A DNA stretch of 63,284 bases, the filler included, from Octopus bimaculoides (Eukaryota), in assembly GCF_001194135.2 (NCBI RefSeq). It is 5 parts of 4 records of this genome, joined end to end, with 100 filler letters (N's around TTAATTAATTAA, not from the genome) between each part and the next. Parts side by side here need not be neighbours in the genome. Positions count along the whole stretch, not along the records: positions 51,629 to 58,280 come from NC_069006.1; positions 58,381 to 63,284 come from NC_068996.1; 3 more parts are not named here. One strand, given 5' to 3'. Shown here piece by piece: positions 51,696 to 63,284 of the stretch. Position 1 is the stretch's first letter; the number at the start of each line of letters is the position of its first letter. A model generated the notes under the pieces. It did no database searches. It worked only from the letters and a program-made list of their open reading frames with translations, and was not told where the DNA came from. The position numbers were made by a program, and so were the translations under genes.

Positions 51696-52001
51696 AGCAT
51701 TCTGTATATCCTTTTTGACGTGGATATGCTATCGAAAGTCACTAAACTGCAGTGTTTCTCTTGAAAACTCTTCTAGTATGGACTTACTGGGACAATGAAG
51801 TACAGATGTATATCAATGGTAGGCGAAAAGCAACCACCAGTGGAATATTAGGATTTCTGTGTGTTTGCGCATCGTCAGTAGCAAGTATTTTCTGTCAACT
51901 GCATGTTTGGACAAATCTAGTCTCTACTGATATGCGAAAACAGTGATTAGCAAATTATTCTAGTCGCAATTAGCTGACTGACTGACTGACTGACTGGCTG
52001 A

Positions 52002-52037
<36 letters not shown>

Positions 52038-52294
52038 GGACAAGCTCGGTATTAGTGACGGAAACAATAGAAGCATGTGGTTCATGATAGTGGTGTTGGA
52101 GGTGGTGGTGGTGCTGGTGGTGGCGACGGTGGTGGCAGTGGACGTGAGGATGGTGGTGGTGGTTATGGTGGTGTTGGCGTTGGTTGTAGAGGTGGTGTTT
52201 ATTGTTGTGGGGATGATTACAGTGGTGGTCGTAGTTTCCGTGGTGCATACACACTGAAAAAAATCCCAACAAAACTAAAGTTCAGTTTCCTTAC

Positions 52295-52426
52295 CGTACT
52301 ATCAGCGTCCCCAATGAATCCATCGAAGTAAACGCCAGTTGCCTCCCTTGTTGCCAGAGACAAAATATGCTCTGTCGTAGCTGTTCTCTGTGCCTCCGAT
52401 AATAACTGGTACGCTTCCTCCAAAGC
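52295..52426 (-). CDS. Internal exon C of the same unnamed gene
   Basis: tctctttgttcacgacag|GCT...ACG|gtaag, 132 nt, phase 0/0. ALEEAYQLLSEAQRTATTEHILSLATREATGVYFDGFIGDADST. Joins exon B in frame. Confidence 0.85.
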
Positions 52427-53180
52427 CTGTCGTGAACAAAGAGAGAAGAAAAATTCATAAACGACAAGAAACTGCATGTCCGCAGAATAATAATAACCAT
52501 TTTTACTACAGGCACAAGGAACGACATTTTGCGGGAAGGGCTAGTCGATTACATTGACGCCAGTGCGTGACTGGTACTTATTTTATCGATCTCGAAAGGA
52601 TGAAAGACAAAGTGGATCTCGGAGGAATTTGAACAAGAACCTAAAGACGCGGTGAAATGCCAATCAGCATTTTTCCCCAGCGTACTAACGATTCTGCCAG
52701 CTTGCTGTCTTCGGGCTGCAGCAAATATTCTGCTCAATACCACCGATTTGCTTGTCAGTTGTTTGACCTTAACCAGTTGAGCATGTCCCTTGGTGGCTGA
52801 CGATATGTGCAGCTCTGATCACTAGCAGAAGTAGCGGGGGAATATCATAGCCATGTGTTGAGGGGAATTCTTTGGGGTTTGAGTAATTCACCTTTGGAAA
52901 CGTGGGTGTTTTGTTCAACATCTTCAAACAACCCTTATTCAGGAACCGTTTTAGCGGGATGGGCCACTCAACCTGAAGAAAATTCTAACTGAGCCCCACC
53001 TGCAAGGTCATACGCTGTTTATCTTGATATGGGATCACCGTGTCGCGTACATATTGTTGTGAATTGTTGTGATGCATGTGCCTGGTGTACCCTTATCAGA
53101 CGGGTAGTCATGATGGGTATACTGGGTTTTGTATATTTTACCCCAGTGTCACTTTGATAGCATGCACTACTCTATCACTC

Positions 53181-53234
<54 letters not shown>

Positions 53235-53236
<2 letters not shown>

Positions 53237-53640
53237 ATGAATGAATGAATGAATGAAGCTAGAACNNNNNNNNNNNNNNNNNNNNNNNNNNNNNNNNNNN
53301 NNNNNNNNNNNNNNNNNNNNNNNNNNNNNNNNNNNNNNNNNNNNNNNNNNNNNNNNNNNNNNNNNNNNNNNNNNNNNNNNNNNNNNNNNNNNNNNNNNNN
53401 NNNNNNNNNNNNNNNNNNNNNNNNNNNNNNNNNNNNNNNNNNNNNNNNNNNNNATGGTTATCTCCAGTTGAACTAGAAAGCATTAAGAGACAGGTGCTTA
53501 GGGATAGTAAGACCAACGGTGAACGGAAGGAGGAGGAAGAGAATGCAGATAGTGAAACTATGGCAGTGGAGTTAAAGGAAGAAAACGAGAAAGAGGCTGA
53601 GATTATTGATCAGGAAAGCGATCCTCTTCGCCCTCCTCCT
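53235..53640 (+). mobile_element. Probable N-terminal fragment of an R4/Dong-like ORF
   Basis: WLSPVELESIKRQV followed by an acidic stretch, starting right after (AAT)n/(GAAT)n. Partly in a gap. Family call from recalled similarity only. Confidence 0.4.
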
Positions 53641-54449
53641 TCTTATCATCATCAACATCGTCATTTGATGCCTGTCTTCTCTGCTGGCATGTGTTGGACG
53701 GTTCGACAGAATCCAGCAAGTCGGAGGATCGCTTCAAGCTCCAAAATCTGCTTTGACATGATTCATATGTTGGCATGTCCTTCCTGATGCCAACCACTTT
53801 ACTGAGCGTGGACTGGGTGCTTTTGTTAATTCGTAGCACCAGCACTATTGAGGTCGCCAAGTAATTCACCAGACAAGAAAGACCTCGACTGAGTGGGAGA
53901 CTGTAGTAAAGAAGGAAGGGGACTTTATGCCAGGCGATGAGAAGTTTAAGTATGTTAAAATATGATACGACAGGAACAAGTGTCCTTCCGTACAGGCGAT
54001 ACATGGCTACCCTACATTATATGACGGGTGTGGAATATCTTTTGGGCTTAGAGGAGTAGATTCATGTCAACGAGTAATGACCAACTGGATTGCTATCTGG
54101 GTAATATCGTCTGTAGATGAAGGGATACCACAATGAACGTTGCGTATCAATGTCTGAGTCTTGCTCTACCATGGGGACACTTACAGTCGCGATTCGTCCT
54201 CTCCCCATGCATTCCAGAAAACCACAATTTCTATCCTCCCAGTTCCTGTCATGCCCTGTTAACAACATCCGACAAGGGAGATAACCTTCTGTCTATAAAA
54301 TCTCAGAATATCACCGATGGGATTAGTTGGAAAGAGGTTTAAACGTAACATGTTTTCTACAAACGTATAATGACCGAAGGATAATGACCGAATTATTGGA
54401 TCATTTAATTAAGAAATTAATTAATAAATAAGCAATTAATTATGCCAAC

Positions 54450-54623
54450 CTTGTGTGGAATATTTCCTTGTAAACGAGCTCGTTCCACGGCCGATACAGT
54501 GCGGGATACAAACCAGTAGAACTCTAGTAGTGACGGGTAATAGGGCAAAGCAAGATCTGTGCGGTCAGAAAGCCGGGTACGTAGTTGCCATTCCAACATA
54601 CTCGATGTGTTGAGGTAGATTTG
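54450..54623 (-). CDS. Internal exon B of the same unnamed gene
   Basis: tttttttacctag|CAA...AAG|gttgg, 174 nt, phase 0/0. QIYLNTSSMLEWQLRTRLSDRTDLALPYYPSLLEFYWFVSRTVSAVERARLQGNIPHK. Joins exon A in frame. Confidence 0.88.
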
Positions 54624-54812
54624 CTAGGTAAAAAAAACACAAAAAAACAAAAAAAAACCGATATAATTTTGGTTTCAAATTTTGGAAGAAGATCAGGAAG
54701 TTCGAAGGAAGCGATAAATTGATTACATTGTTTCTAGTGTTTAACTGGTAATTATTTTATCGATCCCGGAGAGATGAAAGGCAAAGTCGACAAAGGCAAA
54801 ATTTGAACTCAA

Positions 54813-55371
54813 ACAATGTGGCCAGATGTGTCCACTGGTTGTTGAGCGGTAAAGCAAACCTCGAGATAGCCGAACAATGGTATGAATACAAGCCAGAGTG
54901 AGTAATGGTAAACGAACATTACAAAATACTCTGGGATTTTAACATGCAGTGCGACCAAGTCATAAAGGTGAAACTGCCAGATATCGTGATCATCCACAAA
55001 GATGAAAAAGAAGCAAAGATAATAGATGTTGCAATACCAGGCGATTCGTGGGTGAAATGTAAGGAAACCGAAAAGAATGAGAAATACCAGCCACTGCGGG
55101 ACTTGATAGGAAAGTTATAGGGCATGAGGAAAGTAATGGTATTACCGGTGGTAATTGGGACATTGGGAGCAGTTTCCAAGAGCTTTGAACAACATATTAA
55201 AAATATTGGAGCTGCTGTCAGGCTCGAAGTGATCCAGAAGACAGCACTGTTGGCTACAGCTCGCATTCTAAGGAGAGTATTGCCTCTTTGGGTCACAGCT
55301 GATCTGTTATTGCCTGCTTTCAAGTAAAGAATAACCGGTAATTAACAACTATCCGAGAGTCTTTCAGAATG

Positions 55372-55457
<86 letters not shown>

Positions 55458-55460
55458 TAT
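54813..55460 (+). mobile_element. R4/Dong-like RLE retrotransposon 3' end with long (AAT)n tail
   Basis: NVARCVHWLL..., YKILWDFNMQCDQVIKVKLPDIVII...IIDVAIPGD...EKNEKY...VVIGTLGAVSK...IQKTALLATARILRRVL. Confidence 0.8.
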
Positions 55461-55862
55461 TATAATAATAATAAAATAGACCAGNNNNNNNNNNNNNNNN
55501 NNNNNNNNNNNNNNNNNNNNNNNNNNNNNNNNNNNNNNNNNNNNNNNNNNNNNNNNNNNNNNNNNNNNNNNNNNNNNNNNNNNNNNNNNNNNNNNNNNNN
55601 NNNNNNNNNNNNNNNNNNNNNNNNNNNNNNNNNNNNNNNNNNNNNNNNNNNNNNNNNNNNNNNNNNNNNNNNNNNNNNNNNNNNNNNNNNNNNNNNNNNN
55701 NNNNNNNNNNNNNNNNNNNNNNNNNNNNNNNNNNNNNNNNNNNNNNNNNNNNNNNNNNNNNNNNNNNNNNNNNNNNAAGAGCACCACAGCAAACCACAGC
55801 ACATACCCAAGACGCACAGAGCTGCGCTCGGAAGTGAAGTGAAAGCACGTTATAAAAATAAA

Positions 55863-55928
<66 letters not shown>

Positions 55929-55929
55929 T

Positions 55930-56476
55930 GTGAATGCCCTGATGCAGTACCAGGCAGTGATTCTCATGGCTCCTCATCTTAACTGATTGGAAGTTTTATC
56001 ATGTACATGGTTTTGTCTTGGTATAAAAGATAGGCTACAGCAAATATTCTGCTCAATGCCACAGATTTGCTTGTCAGTTGCTTGACCATAACCAGTTGAG
56101 CATGTCCCTTGGTGCATCTTCGAGCATGAGCAGAAGTAGTAGCGGATCATCATAGCCATATGTTGAAAGGAATTCTTTGGGGTTTGGATAATTCACCTCT
56201 GGAAACACGGATGTTTCGGTCAGCATTTTTAAACAACCCTTATTCAGGGACCTTTTGAGTGGGGTGGGGAGGTGCTCGCCCTGAAGAAAATTCTAACTGG
56301 TCCCCACCTGTAAGGTCATACGCTGTTTATCTTGATATGAGATCACCATGTCGCGCACATATGGTTGTGATGCATGTGCCTGGTGTACCCTTATCAGACG
56401 GGTAGTCATGATGGGTATAATGGGCTTCGTATATTTTATTCCAGTGTCACTTTGATGGCATGCACTGCTCTCTCAC
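55930..56476 (+). mobile_element. Non-coding retroposon family E bounded by (AAT)n
   Basis: Begins right after an (AAT)n tract and ends in (AAT)n. A second copy at 52717-53180 also ends in (AAT)n. Confidence 0.75.
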
Positions 56477-56531
56477 ATAATAATAATAATATTTTTAAAA
56501 GGATTGACGTAACTCTTCACGAAGGTAAATA

Positions 56532-56679
56532 GTCAAGAGGAAGAGCGCGCGATTCGATTGTATAGATATTTTCACCAAAGCAGTCGGGTATTTTGAACTT
56601 GACAAAGACAGACGTACTGTTGAAATATCGTTCAACTAATAAAATATCTATACAATCGAATCGCGCTCTTCGTCTTGAC
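56532..56679. mobile_element. 148-bp TA-flanked MITE / foldback element
   Basis: About 40-bp inverted arms gtcaagaggaagagcgcgcgattcgattgtatagatatttt / aaaatatctatacaatcgaatcgcgctcttcgtcttgac (1 mismatch, one 2-nt indel), with TA on both sides. Confidence 0.8.
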
Positions 56680-56742
<63 letters not shown>

Positions 56743-56775
56743 TGATGATGATGATGATGATGAAGAGTAATTTAC

Positions 56776-56943
56776 CTGAATGTCAGGATCATCGAGAATG
56801 CTAGCAGGTAAAAGACCAGAGAGAACGCCAGAAGTAATACCATATATGGTATTAGCAGCAACTGCGCAATCTACATTGTTAACATTGAATGGCATGGCGA
56901 CTCCTTCGGCAAACAATTTCCGTGATTCGTTAATATTTTGGAC
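56776..56943 (-). CDS. Internal exon A of an unnamed protein-coding gene
   Basis: ttgtttttcag|GTC...CAG|gtaaat, 168 nt, phase 0/0. VQNINESRKLFAEGVAMPFNVNNVDCAVAANTIYGITSGVLSGLLPASILDDPDIQ. High-complexity and not repeat-like. Confidence 0.88.
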
Positions 56944-57993
56944 CTGAAAAACAACAGCAAATAGAAAGGAAACAGTAAAGGAAGAAACGGTAAGAGAAAG
57001 GAAGTCTTATACAGGCACAGCACCGATTTTCCGGAATCTGAGGGGCCAGAACATCTTATAATCCGGACTAATTTATGAGCAGGAACTTGAAATTCTTGCA
57101 GCCGTCAGACTAGTTAACTGGTACCTTGCACAGTACAGTATTAATAAACTTGTAGCATTTATCACGTGATCATGTGATTTATCGGATTATCGGATATTGT
57201 TATACACCGCTGATCACTATGCGCTTTGAATGCTTTTTTGTCTTTGTTTTTCGCTTTCGAATGATGCTAAATCGCTGACAAGGTGAGCAAGCTACCATTC
57301 TCCGACGATCGGAAGGCTATTCCGTCATAGGGCGGCCCCTTTACAGCTGAGTGGACTGGAGCAACATGAAATGACGTGTTTTTCTGAAAAACACAATGCG
57401 TCGTTCAGTCCTGGAATCGAACCGACGATCTAGTGATCCTCAGTACAACACGCTAACCACTAGGCTACGTGCATTCACCGTATCATTTATATTGGTTTCA
57501 AATTGTGGCACAAGGCCAGTAATTTCGAAGGAGGGGTAAGTCTATTACATCGACCCTAGTGTTCAACTGGTACTTATTTTATCGAACCCGATTGGATGGA
57601 AGGCAAAGTCGACCCTAGAACGTAATGACGAACGAAATGTCGCCAAGCATTTTGTCCGGCGTGCTAACGGTTATATCAGCTCCTTTTACCATTCATACGA
57701 ATGTACAAGCATCTATATGTCATTTAATTAATTAAATTTAATAAATGTTCACTTTAGAGTTCGCTGACCAAGGTGACAAGCCCTGGTTTGGAAGAATCTG
57801 GAGGCACAGGCTGGCCGTGTGATAAGAAGCTTGTTTCCCATCCACATGGTTCCGGGTTCAATCCCACTGTGTGACACCTTGGACAAGTGCCTTCTATTAT
57901 AGCCTCGGGCCGACCAAATCTTTGTGAATGGATTTGATAGACAGAAACTGAAAAGAGGCCCGTCGTATCTATCTATCTATCTATCTATCTATA

Positions 57994-58042
<49 letters not shown>

Positions 58043-58471
58043 GTCTGTCTATCTGTCTGTCTGTCTGTCTATTTATCTGTCTGTATGTCTGTCTATATCC
58101 ATATCCATATATAGGATAGTGGGAGAAGAGGAGGTAAAAGAATAAGAGAAATGAAGAGAAAAAAAAACGAATAGAGAGTCGCATCAGAATTATTAAGATA
58201 AAACTTACTTGGAAAAGGGTGCGTGGCGTTCAATCATATAATAATATAAATAATGTGTATATATATATATATATATATATNNNNNNNNNNNNNNNNNNNN
58301 NNNNNNNNNNNNNNNNNNNNNNNNTTAATTAATTAANNNNNNNNNNNNNNNNNNNNNNNNNNNNNNNNNNNNNNNNNNNNTTTTTTCCTTCCTTCCCCCT
58401 CCCAAAAAGAAAAGCTCTACATTGTATTTGTCCCATCTTCGTTGAGCCCTGTGTGGCTAATAAAAGAAATG

Positions 58472-58505
<34 letters not shown>

Positions 58506-58514
58506 CCTACCTAC

Positions 58515-58568
<54 letters not shown>

Positions 58569-58589
58569 GTCTGTCTGTCTGTCTATCTT

Positions 58590-58657
<68 letters not shown>

Positions 58658-58824
58658 AACATGCTTACACGGACGCGCGCGCACACACACATATGTATGC
58701 GTATGTATGTGCTTGCGCCCGTGTGTGTATATACGTATATATATAAAAATATATGTATTTATGTATGTTCTCGTTTGTTAATCTGTCTCTATGAAGTTGT
58801 ATCTCCATACATGTAGAAAGAGGG

Positions 58825-58907
<83 letters not shown>

Positions 58908-60199
58908 AGAGAGAAAGAAATAGAGAGAGTGAGAGAGAGTGTGACAGTGACAGAAACAGGGATAAGGAAAGCGACAGAGAGGGAAGGAGCGAGAGAGATT
59001 AATAAACAAATAGGTAAATAGATAGGCAGGTAGATACATAGATATTATGGCGTATTGATGAACATATATGAATATGAATATATATATATATATATATATA
59101 TANNNNNNNNNNNNNNNNNNNNNNNNNNNNNNNNNNNNNNNNNNNNNNNNNNNNNNNNNNNNNNNNNNNNNNNNNNNNNNNNNNNNNNNNNNNNNNNNNN
59201 NNNNNNNNNNNNNNNNNNNNNNNNNNNNNNNNNNNNNNNNNNNNNNNNNNNNNNNNNNNNNNNNNNNNNNNNNNNNNNNNNNNNNNNNNNNNNNNNNNNN
59301 NNNNNNNNNNNNNNNNNNNNNNNNNNNNNNNNNNNNNNNNNNNNNNNNNNNNNNNNNNNNNNNNNNNNNNNNNNNNNNNNNNNNNNNNNNNNNNNNNNNN
59401 NNNNNNNNNNNNNNNNNNNNNNNNNNNNNNNNNNNNNNNNNNNNNNNNNNNNNNNNNNNNNNNNNNNNNNNNNNNNNNNNNNNNNNNNNNNNNNNNNNNN
59501 NNNNNNNNNNNNNNNNNNNNNNNNNNNNNNNNNNNNNNNNNNNNNNNNNNNNNNNNNNNNNNNNNNNNNNNNNNNTATATATATATATATATATATATAT
59601 ATGCCTACACGTTTATGTATCTGTCTGTGGGCGTGCGAGTGTGTGTGAGTGTATGTTTATGCGAGTATACCTTTATGTTTGTTGCCCCTCTTGGTAGCCG
59701 GTGTTGGCTTGTTTACGTCCGTGTAACTCAGCGGTTGTCTATATGTACATGTGTACATGCATATATACGTCCATACATAAACAGATGCATTCACGCACAC
59801 AGTCACACAGATACAGACACACACACACACAACACAACACATACACACATTCACCCACACACACACACATACAGTCAGACAGAATAAGACAAATGTAAGC
59901 TTTAGGGGAGGAAGTGGAGATTGTGATCCCTACTATAAGTGCCTGTAAAATTCTTGTAGACAAAAACTATAAACGGTGTTTACCCCTCCAGGGGTAAACA
60001 CCGTTTAAGTACCATAACATTTTAAATAGAAACACTATTAAGGTATCGTTTTCCACTCTCTCTAGCGTATATACATCTGTACTGGTGCCTGGGAAAACAG
60101 TACGGTTTCGAGGTAGACTAGAAATGGTACCGACATATACCTGGCAGAGTGCTAGATAATAGACATGCAAAAATCTTGTGGGATTTAAAAGTTTATACA

Positions 60200-61740
<1,541 letters not shown>

Positions 61741-62341
61741 CTATCAGAATCTCTGTGTATGTATGTATGTATGCATGTATGTATGTATGTATGTATGTAT
61801 GTATGTGTGTGTGTGTGTTTGTGTGTATGTATGTATGTGTGTACGCATGTATAAATACATACATGCATGCACACACACACATTTATATTTAATGTGAGTT
61901 TAGAGGGATATATTATCCGGCGGATACTGTGGTAGCTCTCAGTTATGTTCTCGGTTACGGCTAACCACAATGAGAAACGTGTAGGTTGTCGTAACCTTAA
62001 AAAATATGGTATATAACATTGTGCAGGAAAAAGAAGTAAATTTTGAGGATGTACCAATCTCCATATCCTCTATCGTTATATATATATATGTATGTAGGTA
62101 TGTATANNNNNNNNNNNNNNNNNNNNNNNNNNNNNNNNNNNNNNNNNNNNNNNNNNNNNNNNNNNNNNNNNNNNNNNNNNNNNNNNNNNNNNNNNNNNNN
62201 NNNNNNNNNNNNNNNNNNNNNNNNNNNNNNNNNNNNNNNNNNNNNNNNNNNNNNNNNNNNNNNNNNNNNNNNNNNNNNNNNNNNNNNNNNNNNNNNNNNN
62301 NNNNNNNNNNNNNNNNNNNNNNNNNNNNNNNNNNNNNNNNN

Positions 62342-62984
62342 GAATCCCATCGTAACTGTTGAGGATCTAGCAGAAAAGCTTGGATTTGTTCGTTCAACCA
62401 TTCATCGACACCTGCATGCCATCGGAAAAGTCAGCAAATTAGGTCAATGGCTTCCTTACAAACTTCCCGAGTCTAATCACGCACAGAGAGTGAATGTGTG
62501 CTCTTCTTTGCTGTCATATCTCACGAATGAATCTTTTTTTGAACTAAATAGTGACTGGTGACGAGAAGTGGGTTCTCTATAAAAATGTCAAGCGCCGAAG
62601 GTAGTGGTTAGGGAAAGGAGAAACACAGGTACCCCAGGCTAAAGAAGGCCTCCACCCACGTAAGGTGTTGTTATCTGTTTGGTGAAATATGAAAGGTTTA
62701 GTCCACTTTGAACTTTTAAATGCAAACCAAACGACAACAAAGAAGATCTAATGCAAGCAGGTTGAGCGGCTTCAGTTAGCGCTAGAAGACTATCTTTGGT
62801 TTCAAGATGAAAGGTGTTCTTCTATCAGGATAATGCTTGGCCACATACAGCGAGGATCACATCCCAAAGGCTGGAGCAGTTTGAATGGGAAACGATGCTT
62901 CATCCACCCTATTCACTGGACATTGCCTCATCTGCTTATCATTTATTTCGCAGTCCTCAAAATCATTTGGACGGAAAAAATCAC
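62342..62984 (+). mobile_element. Degenerate mariner transposase, same family as 32023-32830
   Basis: NPIVTVEDLAEKLGFVRSTIHRHLHAIGKVSKLGQWLPYKL, VTGDEKWVLY and FFYQDNAWPHTA...LHPPYSLDIASSAYHLF. Confidence 0.85.
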
Positions 62985-63174
62985 GTGGCCATGCTGGAGC
63001 ACCGCCTTTAGTCGAGCAAATGGACCCCAGGACTTATTCTTTGGAAGCCTAGTACTTATTCTATCGGTCTCTTTTGTCGAACTGCGAAGTTACGGGGACG
63101 TAAACACACCAGCATCGGTTGTCAAGCGATGCTGGGAGGGGGGACAAACACATACACACAAACACATACACACA

Positions 63175-63222
<48 letters not shown>

Positions 63223-63284
63223 CATATATACGACGGGCTTCTTTCAGTTTCCGTCTACCAAATCCACTCCCGAGGCGATAGTAG

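Noticed and set aside
59967-60170. Minus-strand ORF as a possible upstream exon of the unnamed gene
   Set aside because: The only nearby GT donor gives phase 2, incompatible with the phase-0 acceptor at 56943.

Overview
AT-rich, gap-ridden eukaryotic genomic DNA full of microsatellites, tRNA-head SINEs and non-LTR retrotransposon debris. The repeat families resemble those of Octopus (inference; I cannot confirm the species). Three protein-coding loci are supportable. (1) A complete 10-coding-exon FTSJ1/TRM7 tRNA 2'-O-methyltransferase gene on the minus strand (ATG 14625, stop 4704, about 323 aa), rebuilt by hand with consistent GT-AG phases. (2) A divergently oriented, CDS-intronless C16orf87/UPF0547 homologue (19886-21355, 489 aa) whose linker is swollen by in-frame poly-Ser/poly-Asn microsatellites. 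(3) Three phase-0 exons (56943-52295, minus) of a protein I cannot name; both of its ends are missing. The rest is mobile DNA: Penelope-like remnants, two of them beside candidate type I hammerhead ribozymes (41581-41665 with an intact core; 32903-32964 with a variant cleavage site), R4/Dong-like retroposons piled up in (AAT)n tracts, an RTE LINE, Tc1/mariner relics, and MITEs with clean TIR/TSD signatures (Merlin-like with telomeric repeats, nested hAT-like, TA-flanked). Four 100-bp N44-TTAATTAATTAA-N44 blocks are assembly linkers, so adjacency across them is uncertain. Most long ORFs in the supplied track are artefacts of N gaps and microsatellites.
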